Source of the DNA: Candidatus Omnitrophota bacterium
Lineage (GTDB): Bacteria; Omnitrophota; Gorgyraeia; Zapsychrales; Zapsychraceae
Length of the DNA stretch: 64,000 bases
Direction of reading: 5' to 3'
NCBI GenBank assembly: GCA_029261055.1
Contig: JAJDCA010000068.1
Span: 5,275-69,274 of the forward strand
Position numbers and translations under genes: made by a program. This document shows positions 1 to 9,204 of this stretch, one piece after another. How positions within the stretch are numbered: the stretch's first letter is position 1; each line of letters opens with the position of its first letter. The notes beneath the pieces were generated by a model, which worked only from the letters and a program-made list of their open reading frames with translations, was not told the origin of the DNA and made no database searches.

Positions 1-913
1 TTTTTTCAACGATAGGGACGCGTTCTAAAACCTGCGCCCGATGGGCACGCGTCATCACAATAATAAGATCAGCCTTTTTAAGCAAAACAGTACTCACCGA
101 CTGCGAAACATGCTCCTCAGCATCAATCCCTCTTTCTCCTAATACAGAAATTGTTTCAGCACTTGCTTTAGACCTCAAAAAAACACTCGTACCAGCCGAT
201 ATGACCTCAACATCATCACGCTCTTTAATTTGATCCCGCAAAAGATATTCTGCCATGACAGAACGACAACTATTACCCGTACATACAAAGAGGACCGTCT
301 TTCTTCGTGTCATAGCTTCCACATCAGACTCCGTAATGACACCTTCCCGCAACACAATCGGTTTTTGATTGGTTAAATCTACCACCGAAGAACTACTCCC
401 GATTTTTGATGTCCCTCCATCAATCGCAACTTCTACCAAACCATCTAAATCCTTTAAAGCCTCATCACAAGTAGTCGGCGGATTTTTTCCTCCTACATTT
501 GCCGAAGGAGCCGCAATGGTACATTGTGATTCTTGCACCAATCGTAAAGCAATCGGATGATCCGGCATACGCACCCCGATGGTCTTTCCCTCTTCTTTAG
601 CAGGGACAACCACCGTTAAAGGCCCCGGCCAGTAGGCATCAATAAATTTGTACAAAAGAGGATCGGCCATTGAGGTGTAATTAGAGATGAGCCCTCGTTG
701 TGAAACTAAAATCGCAAAAGGCTTATCGGCTGCTCTTTTTTTAACAGCACGCAATCGACCCATAGCTTGAGGGTTAGAGAAATCTGCGGCAATACCGTAC
801 ACCGTCTCTGTAGGAAAAATAACTAATCCGCCCTTACGTATGACCTTGGCACAATACGCAATTTCTTTTAAGTCAGGAAATTCAGGATGAGTTTGAATAA
901 TTTTAGTTTTCAC
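1..913 (-). CDS. tsaC: Fusion protein: L-threonylcarbamoyladenylate synthase (TsaC/YrdC domain) + C-terminal low-molecular-weight protein tyrosine/arginine phosphatase domain; 3' end runs off the window
   Basis: Hand translation of the minus strand from GTG at 913-911, which overlaps the purE stop as GTGA. N-terminal ~195 aa: VKTKIIQTHPEF...KGGLVIFPTETVYGIAADFSNPQAMGRLRAVKKR...YWPGPLTVVVPA...CTIAAPSANVGGKNPPT (YrdC/Sua5 core motifs). Then from aa ~205: KTVLFVCTGNSCRSVMAEYLL...ISAGTS...ADLIIVMTRAHR (LMW-PTP CX5R P-loop, similar to B. subtilis YwlE). Absent from the ORF track because there is no stop codon inside the window. Confidence 0.75.
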   Translation of the reverse strand, partial: MKTKIIQTHPEFPDLKEIAYCAKVIRKGGLVIFPTETVYGIAADFSNPQAMGRLRAVKKRAADKPFAILVSQRGLISNYTSMADPLLYKFIDAYWPGPLTVVVPAKEEGKTIGVRMPDHPIALRLVQESQCTIAAPSANVGGKNPPTTCDEALKDLDGLVEVAIDGGTSKIGSSSSVVDLTNQKPIVLREGVITESDVEAMTRRKTVLFVCTGNSCRSVMAEYLLRDQIKERDDVEVISAGTSVFLRSKASAETISVLGERGIDAEEHVSQSVSTVLLKKADLIIVMTRAHRAQVLERVPIVEK

Positions 914-1386
914 AACTTAATATTTAGAATTTTCTGTTTTTGCTCTTCTCGAAATTTTTCTAATTTCTCTGCAATCGCTGCGTCCTCAACACCAAAAATG
1001 CGTAATGCTAACAAAGCCGCATTCTTAGCGCCGGGCTTACCAATAGCAACGGAACCCACCGGCACTCCAGGTGGCATTTGTACAGTAGAAAGAAGGGCAT
1101 CCATCCCATTAAGCGAAGTAGCATCAATCGGCACACCGATCACCGGAAGCGTCGTATGTGCTGCGACTACTCCAGACAAAGCGGCCGAGGCCCCAGCCCC
1201 ACAAATAACAACCTTTACGCCACGTTCGCGTAAACCTTCAGCATATTCTGCCGTTTCCTTTGGTGTGCGATGTGCTGAAAGAACTCTTATTTCATAAGCA
1301 ACATCAAAGTCTTTTAAAACATTAGCTGCTTCTTCCATAACTGGAAGATCAGATTTACTCCCCATCATAATGGCAATCTTTGTCAT
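910..1386 (-). CDS. purE: N5-carboxyaminoimidazole ribonucleotide mutase (PurE)
   Basis: ORF 910..1425 contains MTKIAIMMGSKSDLPVMEEA...VICGAGASAALSGVVAAHTTLPVIGVP, which is classic PurE. The likely start is the internal MTKIAIMMGS Met at 1386. Confidence 0.9.
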   Translation of the reverse strand: MTKIAIMMGSKSDLPVMEEAANVLKDFDVAYEIRVLSAHRTPKETAEYAEGLRERGVKVVICGAGASAALSGVVAAHTTLPVIGVPIDATSLNGMDALLSTVQMPPGVPVGSVAIGKPGAKNAALLALRIFGVEDAAIAEKLEKFREEQKQKILNIKL

Positions 1387-1425
1387 AGTTAAAAATCCTC
1401 GCTTTGCTCGATGATTTTTAGTCAT

Positions 1426-1504
1426 CAGATGTCAGTCTTCAGCCATCAGTATCTTATTTTTTTACTGACGTCTGATAGCTGATGTCTGATGACTAACATT
1501 TAAA
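1426..1504. repeat. Palindromic intergenic element (gtcatcagatgtcag ... ctgacgtctgatagctgatgtctgatgac); same repeat family as 43006-43119
   Basis: Long imperfect inverted repeat between purE and purD. It shares the motifs GATGTCTGATGA, CAGCTATCAGAC (as reverse complement) and TCTTCAG(C/T)C with the fcl/wbaP intergenic element. Confidence 0.6.
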
Positions 1505-2782
1505 TTACGTCTTCGCCAATGCTTTAGCGCCAATATCTCGGCGGAAAAAGCAATGATCAAACTTTATTTTTTCCACATTTTCATAAGCCCGCTCGACGGC
1601 CTTGTCTAACCCATGTGCTAAACTCGTCACACCTAAAACACGTCCACCGGAAGTCACAATTTTATTTTCTTCTTTTTTAGTTCCCGCATGAAAAACAATT
1701 GTATTCACTTCCTTTTCATCAATCTGTTCCAACCCGGTAATTTCCATACCTGTTTCATATTCTCCTGGATATCCCCCAGAACTCATCACGACACAAACAC
1801 ACGCCCTCTGATCCCAAAGCGGTTTTATTTTCTTTATCCGTCCATCACAACTGGCCAACATAATATCCACAATGTCATTTTTCATTCGTGGTAGTATCGC
1901 TTGCACTTCCGGATCACCAAAACGCACATTGTATTCTAAGACCATCGGTCCTTGAGAAGTAATCATCAAGCCTGCGTACAAAACACCTTTAAACGGCATC
2001 CCCTCTTGCTTCATCCCTTTAATAGTCGGATCAATAATAGACTGTTCAATATGTTGACGTAAGACATCGGTAATAATAGGCGCGGGTGAATAGGCTCCCA
2101 TACCTCCCGTATTGGGCCCCAAATCATCGTCAAAGATCCGTTTGTGATCTTGTGAAGAATCTAACATGATGAAATCATTGCCATCACTAACGGCTAAAAT
2201 GGAAACTTCTTCCCCTTGGAGACATTCCTCAATCACCACCTTGTTTCCCGCCTCTTGGAAAACCTTCTGTCCCATAATTTGATCAAGAGCTTGTTGCCCC
2301 TCTTCTAAATTTGCGCAAATAATAACACCTTTTCCAGCGGCAAGCCCGTCAGCCTTAATCACCAAAGGAAAAGTAACCTTCTCTAAAAACCCTTTGGCCT
2401 CCATAATATCGCCAAATGTCTGAAACGGAGCTGTTGGAATATTGTGCTTATGCATGAATTCTTTTGAAAAAACTTTACTGCCTTCCAATTGAGCGGCGGC
2501 CTTACTTGGGCCAAAAACCTTAAGACCATTTTTCACAAAATCATCGACAATACCATCGGCCAAAGGAACTTCGGGACCGATGACGGTGAGATCAACCTTT
2601 TTATCTTTAGCAAATTTGAGTAAATAATCTCTATCAGCCACCTTAATATCAAAACATTGCGCCACCTCGGACATTCCACCATTACCCGGAGCACAATAAA
2701 TTTCCTGAACTAAAGGACTTTGTTTAATTTTCCAAGCAAGGGCATGTTCTCTTCCACCGGAACCAATAATGAGGATGTTCAT
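1505..2782 (-). CDS. purD: Phosphoribosylamine--glycine ligase (GAR synthetase)
   Basis: 425-aa ORF, MNILIIGSGGREHALAWK..., ATP-grasp PurD signature. Overlaps purM by 4 nt. Confidence 0.92.
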   Translation of the reverse strand: MNILIIGSGGREHALAWKIKQSPLVQEIYCAPGNGGMSEVAQCFDIKVADRDYLLKFAKDKKVDLTVIGPEVPLADGIVDDFVKNGLKVFGPSKAAAQLEGSKVFSKEFMHKHNIPTAPFQTFGDIMEAKGFLEKVTFPLVIKADGLAAGKGVIICANLEEGQQALDQIMGQKVFQEAGNKVVIEECLQGEEVSILAVSDGNDFIMLDSSQDHKRIFDDDLGPNTGGMGAYSPAPIITDVLRQHIEQSIIDPTIKGMKQEGMPFKGVLYAGLMITSQGPMVLEYNVRFGDPEVQAILPRMKNDIVDIMLASCDGRIKKIKPLWDQRACVCVVMSSGGYPGEYETGMEITGLEQIDEKEVNTIVFHAGTKKEENKIVTSGGRVLGVTSLAHGLDKAVERAYENVEKIKFDHCFFRRDIGAKALAKT

Positions 2783-3777
2783 AATATGATTTTCCTTTTG
2801 TTGTCTTTTACAACTTTTCCAATCTCATAAAACTTAATATTTTTCTTTTTCAAAAATGTACTAATCCCATTAATATCTTTTTGACTAACAACCACAGCAT
2901 ACCCAATCCCCATGTTAAACGTTCTGTACATTTCTGAATCAGCTATTCTACCTTTTTTTTGAAGAAGTGGAAATATTTTTGGCGGCACCCAGCTCGCCTT
3001 GTCAATGGCAAAACATAACCCCTTTGGAAGAACCTTTGTAAGCTTGTCATAAAAAGCCCCTCCGGTCACATGCGCCATACCCTTTACCGAAAACTTACTT
3101 AAAATAGCCTGAACCTCATCCACATAAATCTTTGTCGGCGCCAACAATTCTTTTGCATGCTTTTTTAATTCCGCTCGCGACAAAACCTTCCTCACTAATG
3201 AAAATCCGTTAGAATGCAATCCGCTTGACGGTAATCCAATCACACGATCTCCCGCCTTAATTTTTCTGCCATCAATAATACCGCTTTTCTCGACAATACC
3301 TACGGCAAACCCGGCCAAATCATATTCATTAGGTTTGTACATGCCCGGCATTTCGGCTGTCTCTCCACCGATCAAACTACATCCAGACTGACGACAACCA
3401 TTCGCGATACCTTTAACTACATCTTTTAAAACTTTAGGATCCAATCGACCACAAGCAATGTAATCTAAGAAAAATAGAGGCTGGGCTCCGACACACAAAA
3501 TATCATTGACGTTCATCGCCACAAGATCAATACCAACGGTGTCATGAACACCCATACTTTGGGCTAACAAAAGTTTAGTCCCTACCCCATCCGTTGACGA
3601 AACAAGAACAGGATTCTTGTACTTCTTATTGTCGAGTGCAAAAAGCCCACCAAAAGCACCTTCACGATGCAGTACAGCGGCAGACTGTGTTTTTTTCACA
3701 TCCGCCCCGATGGCCTTTACAAAAATATTCGCCTTAGCAATGTCGACTCCACTAGTTTTGTAGGTAAATTTTTTCAT
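2779..3777 (-). CDS. purM: Phosphoribosylformylglycinamidine cyclo-ligase (AIR synthetase)
   Basis: 332-aa ORF with the PurM/AIRS N- and C-domain motifs (GGLFALD..., DLAGFAVGIVEK...). Confidence 0.92.
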   Translation of the reverse strand: MKKFTYKTSGVDIAKANIFVKAIGADVKKTQSAAVLHREGAFGGLFALDNKKYKNPVLVSSTDGVGTKLLLAQSMGVHDTVGIDLVAMNVNDILCVGAQPLFFLDYIACGRLDPKVLKDVVKGIANGCRQSGCSLIGGETAEMPGMYKPNEYDLAGFAVGIVEKSGIIDGRKIKAGDRVIGLPSSGLHSNGFSLVRKVLSRAELKKHAKELLAPTKIYVDEVQAILSKFSVKGMAHVTGGAFYDKLTKVLPKGLCFAIDKASWVPPKIFPLLQKKGRIADSEMYRTFNMGIGYAVVVSQKDINGISTFLKKKNIKFYEIGKVVKDNKRKIIL

Positions 3778-4169
3778 ATCTTTTTTCCATATTTCATAAT
3801 ATGCTGATCAATAACTTCTAAAAATTCTTTCGCATCACCCCAACATTCCTGAGCATCCGCATATTCCACAAAATACATGGCATCATAATCAGCTTTAACT
3901 CGATTATCTTGCTCCATATTAAATATTTTCCCATATTTCACATCAATCTTTCCTGTTTTAATAATATGTTGGCCAAAAAGTCTGCGTACAGCCCTATGTG
4001 AACTGGTGCTTATCCCTTCCAAAATTAAAACCGCCTTGGCTGCATGAAGAACGGCATAATATGATCGCGAAATAGCATCCTCATAATAATCATTATCTAA
4101 TAAAAGTTTTGCCGAATTTAAAGTCTTTTTAGCTCGACTTAATTCGCTATTCACTTCCTCCATACTCAT
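3774..4169 (-). CDS. HEPN-domain protein (putative toxin of a HEPN/MNT pair)
   Basis: 131 aa with an Rx4-6H HEPN motif (HRAVRRLFGQH). 4-nt overlaps with both the MNT gene upstream and purM downstream. Confidence 0.7.
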   Translation of the reverse strand: MSMEEVNSELSRAKKTLNSAKLLLDNDYYEDAISRSYYAVLHAAKAVLILEGISTSSHRAVRRLFGQHIIKTGKIDVKYGKIFNMEQDNRVKADYDAMYFVEYADAQECWGDAKEFLEVIDQHIMKYGKKI

Positions 4170-4495
4170 AGCGCAATAGCCTCATTTTCAACATTTTTAA
4201 TGAATTGCGTCTGAATACCCTTAAGGTAATTTAAATATTTTTTGGAAAAAATCTGAATAGAAAAAATAAGATCGTGCTGTATTTCTAAATCATATCCCGC
4301 GCATCTAATTTCCCTGGCAAGCTTTCTGTCATCTGAAGCTGTGACAATAAGAATATCAATATCCGAGTCCTTATGCGCATCTCCCCGAGCTTTTGAACCA
4401 AAAACTAAAACTTCAAGAATTTCTGATGCATGCTTTTTTTTAAGATTTTGCTTAAAAATTCCAAGAATTTTTTTTTCTTCCAGCGTTAACCCCAT
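4166..4495 (-). CDS. Minimal nucleotidyltransferase (MNT) domain protein (putative antitoxin)
   Basis: 109 aa; LVFGSKARGDAHKDSDIDILIV is a GS-x9-DxD nucleotidyltransferase motif. Sits immediately upstream of the HEPN gene, the usual MNT-HEPN order. Confidence 0.75.
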   Translation of the reverse strand: MGLTLEEKKILGIFKQNLKKKHASEILEVLVFGSKARGDAHKDSDIDILIVTASDDRKLAREIRCAGYDLEIQHDLIFSIQIFSKKYLNYLKGIQTQFIKNVENEAIAL

Positions 4496-4510
4496 AGCGA
4501 TTCCTCTCTA

Positions 4511-5332
4511 TTATTTAATCAACCTATTCTTAACGTACTTCACGCCATTCTCAAAAATCTTTGCCCCTTGACCAAATTTTTTATCACGCCCACTTTTTAA
4601 CCTCGTCCAATATGGATGATGCGTAAAAAGAAAATAACGCTCAGGATGAGGCATTAAACCTAAAATGCGGCCTGTTGAATCCGTAATACCGGCAATATCA
4701 TCTGTAGAACCATTTGGATTTTCAGGATAACCTGGTTTGGCACCTTCGGCTGTACAATAACGAAAAGCTACCTGACCATTTTTTACTAACGCCTTTAACA
4801 CGGACGGATCTTTCGTCACAAACTTTCCTTCAGCATGGGCGACCGGATAATACACGACATCTTCTAAGCCTTCCGTCCACACAGATTGTCCACTGACTTT
4901 TAAATGAGCCCAACGCGCTTCAAACTTTGCAGAGTCATTAGATATCAACGTGGCCTTCTGGGAAGAATCGTGATTCTTTTTTTCTTTGGCATTTAGAGCC
5001 CCAGGCAAAATACCTGACTTAACCAAAATCTGAAACCCATTACAAATTCCAATGATCAATTTACCCTCCCCAATAAAACGGCACAAATCTTCCCCTAAAT
5101 GCAAACGTAATTCATTGGCTAAAATACGCCCCGATTCAATATCGTCACCATACGTAAACCCTCCGGGAAGAGCTAAGATGTGGTAATCATGCAAAGAAAC
5201 TGTGCCTTTTAAAAGTTTATTAATATGCACAAGATCTGCTTTTGCGCCAAAACTCTTAAAAGCAAAAGCTGTTTCTTCATCACAATTTGTACCGGCGGTA
5301 CGTAAGACTATTACTTTTACTGAATTCTTCAT
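4511..5332 (-). CDS. purQ: Phosphoribosylformylglycinamidine synthase glutaminase subunit (PurQ)
   Basis: 273 aa; class I glutamine amidotransferase with LALPGGFTYGDD and the catalytic IGICNGFQIL. Confidence 0.88.
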   Translation of the reverse strand: MKNSVKVIVLRTAGTNCDEETAFAFKSFGAKADLVHINKLLKGTVSLHDYHILALPGGFTYGDDIESGRILANELRLHLGEDLCRFIGEGKLIIGICNGFQILVKSGILPGALNAKEKKNHDSSQKATLISNDSAKFEARWAHLKVSGQSVWTEGLEDVVYYPVAHAEGKFVTKDPSVLKALVKNGQVAFRYCTAEGAKPGYPENPNGSTDDIAGITDSTGRILGLMPHPERYFLFTHHPYWTRLKSGRDKKFGQGAKIFENGVKYVKNRLIK

Positions 5333-5465
5333 ATTTTCTTACTTAGAAGTAAAGACGTAGAGAAACAAGATGCAGAGAAAAAAACCTTTTACTACTTTGC
5401 TTCTCTACATCTCTATTTCTTACATCTTTTATCTCTACCTCTTGCTTCTTACACCTCTGTTTCTT

Positions 5466-6131
5466 TTACAGATTTTTCTCAGCCGCGTAAAATGCCTTGA
5501 TCTTTTTTACCACATCCTCGGGCGTATCGACAATACGAAAAAGATCCATATCGGCTGGATCAATGTTTTTTTCTTTCAGCACCGTATTTTTAATCCACTT
5601 AATCAACGGCCCCCAAAATTCTTTACCATAAAGAACAACTGGAAATTTTTCCATACGCCGCGTCTGGATGAGTGTTAAACTTTCAAACAATTCATCCAGC
5701 GTTCCAAACCCTCCAGGGAAAATTACAAAAGCCTTGGCATATTTAACAAACATAACTTTTCGACAGAAAAAATAATGAAAATTAATCGGATGATTAACAA
5801 AATGATTTGTTTTCTGCTCAAAAGGAAGATCAATATTTAATCCGATGGATCGCCCTTTTGCTTTTAACGCCCCTTTATTACCTGCCTCCATTATGCCGGG
5901 ACCACCGCCGGTGATGACAGCATAACCATCTTTGACTAAAAGCTTGGAAGTCTCAACCGCCTCTTTGTACCATTTATGATTTGTCTTCGTTCGGGCTGAT
6001 CCAAAAATACTGACGGCTGGGCCAATTTCTGAAAGTGAATGAAACCCTTCGACAAACTCCGCCATAATCCGAAATACCCGCCAAGGATCTTCTAATTTTA
6101 AATCTTCCACTGCTTCATTGTTTAAGCTCAT
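5466..6131 (-). CDS. LOG family protein (TIGR00730; cytokinin riboside 5'-monophosphate phosphoribohydrolase / nucleotide 5'-monophosphate nucleosidase-like)
   Basis: Contains the TGGGPGIMEAGNKGA and PGGFGTLDELFE LOG signatures. The ORF begins at 6197, but the upstream 22 codons lie in a GC-rich palindrome; the likely start is MSLNNEA at 6131. Confidence 0.75.
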   Translation of the reverse strand: MSLNNEAVEDLKLEDPWRVFRIMAEFVEGFHSLSEIGPAVSIFGSARTKTNHKWYKEAVETSKLLVKDGYAVITGGGPGIMEAGNKGALKAKGRSIGLNIDLPFEQKTNHFVNHPINFHYFFCRKVMFVKYAKAFVIFPGGFGTLDELFESLTLIQTRRMEKFPVVLYGKEFWGPLIKWIKNTVLKEKNIDPADMDLFRIVDTPEDVVKKIKAFYAAEKNL

Positions 6132-6213
6132 GTTGTATCCTTTTTCGTGACGCGTCGCTCGTGGCGCGTGACTCGTTTCTTGCGAGCGACGCGTCACAAG
6201 TCACGAGCGACAA
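6132..6213. repeat. GC-rich compound palindrome / stem-loop between purL and the LOG gene
   Basis: cgtgacgcgtcgctcg...cgagcgacgcgtcac is a perfect 15-bp inverted repeat. A second, overlapping pair is gtcgctcgtg/cacgagcgac. It stands out in an AT-rich background. Confidence 0.7.
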
Positions 6214-9156
6214 TTAAAATTTTAATGGTTCTTGCCATGCAGTTTTCAAATCATTAATATCCGCACAGACACACACCTCTTGTTTTAATCCATAAACGAC
6301 AAATTCCGATGTTTCTTCAACTCGTCCCACCAAACCAAAAGGAACACCTTTCAAAATCCTTTCAAAATTCTTTTGGTCTTGAGGTTCAATCTCAACAATA
6401 AAACGTGAATTAGATTCTGAAAACAAAACCGTGTCATTTCGGTCTATGCCCTTTTTAAATGGCACATTATCTAAACGTGCCGTAACGCCAAAACCTCCAC
6501 TAAAAGCCATCTCAGCAAGCGCTACACCAATACCACCTTCTGAACAATCATGCATAGATCGAATAAAACCTTTTTGCACGGCATTTTTTAAAGCTGTAAA
6601 TGTCTTACGTCCTTGCGGCATATTCAGTTTGGGTACAGAACTTCCTAGAAAACCACATGTATCCCAATAGATAGATCCACCAAGCTCGTCAAATGTTTCA
6701 CCGATACAATACACAAGATTACCATCCTTTTTAAAATCCATCGTCACTGTTTTAGTAACATCATCCACAATCCCAATCGCAGAAATAAGAAGCGTCCCGG
6801 GAATCGCAATAGATTTTTTTCCCTCGGTGTATTCATTGTACAAACTATCTTTTCCAGAAATAAAAGGCACCTGATATCCAATAGCCGTCTTGTAACACCC
6901 TTCGGCTGCCCGCACTAAACTCCCCAAACGGTCGGGTTTGTCCGGATTCCCCCAACAAAAATTATCTAAAATCGCAATACGTTCAAAATCACCGCCCACC
7001 GCCACAATTTGCCGAACCGCCTCATCAATACACGAAGCCGCCATCCAAAATGGATCAATCATACCGTAACGCACATTAATCCCATTGGACACGGCAATGC
7101 CTTTTTTACTGCCGAGCTTAGGCGTGATGACACTCGCATCCGACGGCCCATCTCCATGAACACCAACAAAAGGCTTAATAACGCTTCCCCCCTGCACTTC
7201 ATGATCATACTGACGTACCACCCATTCTTTCGAACACACATTGTAATGCCCAAGGGCCTCAGACAATTTTTTCGTCAAATTAATAGGCGCGTCAATTTTA
7301 GGATTTTTAACTACTGATGTACGCCAATGCGCTTTGCGACTAATTTTTGGAGGACCTCCATGAATAAAATCCATTTCCAAATTACACACAGCCTGGCCAT
7401 CATAAAAAAGTTCCAAATGTTTATTCCCGGTAAATTCACCAATCACTGTAGCCTCAACATTTTCATCAGAAAATATTTTTAAAAACGCATTAATTTTCTT
7501 AGCCGGCACAGACATCACCATTCTTTCTTGCGCTTCGGAAATCCAAACTTCCATGTAGCTTAAACCCTTGTACTTCAAAGGAATCTTTTCCAAATCCACA
7601 CGCACACCCAACTCTTCGCCCATTTCCCCGGCGGCACTCGATAATCCACCAGCGCCACAATCTGTAATCGCCGTGTACAAATTTTTATCGCGTGCTTGAA
7701 TAAGAGCATCCAAAACTTTTTTCTCTTGAATCGGATCACCAATCTGAACAGCCCCTGAAGAAACTGTTTCCGATTCATCTGTCAATTCACCCGAAGAAAA
7801 CGTCGCACCATGAATACCATCTCGTCCTGTCCGTCCACCAACCACAACAACCAAATCTCCCCGACAAACTTTTTTCTTCACCTTGTCTTTGGGCATAATA
7901 CCGACACTCCCGCAATACACTAAAGGATTGCCGACAAATTTTTCATCAAAAATAATAGAACCGTTAATCGTAGGGATACCCATTTTATTTCCATAATCAC
8001 GAACCCCTGACACGACACCTTTCATGACTCTTTTAGGATGCAATGTTCCCGGCGGTAAATCTTTGAACGATGTATCTGGCGGCGCAAAACAAAAAACATC
8101 CGTCGAACACACTGGCTTAGCCCCCAACCCTGTCCCGAGAATATCGCGTATTACACCGCCGATGCCGGTATTAGCCCCACCAAAAGGCTCCAAGGCTGAT
8201 GGATGATTGTGTGTCTCAACCTTAAAACAAACGTTTGAATCTTTGTCAAATTTAATCACACCAGCATTGTCATAAAACACGGAAACGCACCAGGATTTAT
8301 TAATTTCGTTCGTTGCCTTAACAATCGTCGATTTCAAAAGATTGCGCACCATCTTCGTTTTTGTCTTCCCGTTCTCTGAACATTGGTATTCAATATTCCC
8401 TCGAAATGTTTTGTGGTAGCAATGTTCACTCCACGTCTGCGCAATGGTTTCTAATTCACAGTCTGTAGGATTTTGTTTTCTCTTTTGAAAATGTCGCTGA
8501 ATAGCTTTCATTTCGTTAAGGTTCAAAAACAACTGCCCCTTACGACTGATCTGCATCAACTTACGATCGGAAGCATCAATCAAACTGACAATAATAGGAA
8601 TGGATTTTTTATTCACCGCGAGGGCTGGCCTAGCCCCTTCGCCTACAACATCCGCTACAACATGCTGAAGTACTTTGTTCGACAAAATTTTCTCAACGAC
8701 CGTATTCAACTCTCGCTTTGCAATATTGCCGTACAATAGATATTTCTTTGCTGTATGGACAGACTGAACTGTTTCAATCCCCAGGAGACTGTTCGAGGAT
8801 ATAAGTTTCGAACAGTCTCTTAGGTCACGAATCCCTTTAATTGTGGAATGCTCCACAGGATCCATCACACCGGGATTGTAGGCAATCTCAACACAATGAA
8901 GATTCTTTTTAGAATATTTTGGAGAAGACGTCTGATCTGCGGAAGCAGTGTACGTCTGGGTGATTTTATCAACAAGCAACTCTTTACAGATCATCCGAAC
9001 TTGCTTTTCCGTAAGGTCACCTGCAATATTGTAAATATGATGAACTTGGACTTTCGAAACAGACACAATACCCAAGTCGACGATATTTTTTTGAATACCT
9101 TCGCCTAAAGAGTCGAAAACACCTGCTTTATGTTTTATTTCAATGCGCCAGAGCAT
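6214..9156 (-). CDS. purL: Phosphoribosylformylglycinamidine synthase: fusion of two N-terminal PurS-like domains with the synthetase subunit PurL
   Basis: N-terminus MLWRIEIKHKAGVFDSLGEGIQKNIVDLGI... is PurS-like. A second PurS-like stretch follows (VMDPVEHSTIKGIRDL...KYLLYG), then the canonical PurL start (...AQTWSEHCYHKTF) and tandem AIRS-like domains. The ORF extends to a TTG at 9165; the ATG at 9156 is the more likely start. Confidence 0.85.
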   Translation of the reverse strand: MLWRIEIKHKAGVFDSLGEGIQKNIVDLGIVSVSKVQVHHIYNIAGDLTEKQVRMICKELLVDKITQTYTASADQTSSPKYSKKNLHCVEIAYNPGVMDPVEHSTIKGIRDLRDCSKLISSNSLLGIETVQSVHTAKKYLLYGNIAKRELNTVVEKILSNKVLQHVVADVVGEGARPALAVNKKSIPIIVSLIDASDRKLMQISRKGQLFLNLNEMKAIQRHFQKRKQNPTDCELETIAQTWSEHCYHKTFRGNIEYQCSENGKTKTKMVRNLLKSTIVKATNEINKSWCVSVFYDNAGVIKFDKDSNVCFKVETHNHPSALEPFGGANTGIGGVIRDILGTGLGAKPVCSTDVFCFAPPDTSFKDLPPGTLHPKRVMKGVVSGVRDYGNKMGIPTINGSIIFDEKFVGNPLVYCGSVGIMPKDKVKKKVCRGDLVVVVGGRTGRDGIHGATFSSGELTDESETVSSGAVQIGDPIQEKKVLDALIQARDKNLYTAITDCGAGGLSSAAGEMGEELGVRVDLEKIPLKYKGLSYMEVWISEAQERMVMSVPAKKINAFLKIFSDENVEATVIGEFTGNKHLELFYDGQAVCNLEMDFIHGGPPKISRKAHWRTSVVKNPKIDAPINLTKKLSEALGHYNVCSKEWVVRQYDHEVQGGSVIKPFVGVHGDGPSDASVITPKLGSKKGIAVSNGINVRYGMIDPFWMAASCIDEAVRQIVAVGGDFERIAILDNFCWGNPDKPDRLGSLVRAAEGCYKTAIGYQVPFISGKDSLYNEYTEGKKSIAIPGTLLISAIGIVDDVTKTVTMDFKKDGNLVYCIGETFDELGGSIYWDTCGFLGSSVPKLNMPQGRKTFTALKNAVQKGFIRSMHDCSEGGIGVALAEMAFSGGFGVTARLDNVPFKKGIDRNDTVLFSESNSRFIVEIEPQDQKNFERILKGVPFGLVGRVEETSEFVVYGLKQEVCVCADINDLKTAWQEPLKF

Positions 9157-9204
9157 GTTGGCCAAATAGGTGAAGGATATTATTAGGGGTTAATAAGAGT
9201 TAGG

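Noticed and set aside
887-1297. Plus-strand ORF 887-1297 (136 aa)
   Set aside because: Antisense to a clearly conserved purE; Ser/Thr/Ala-rich with no motif.
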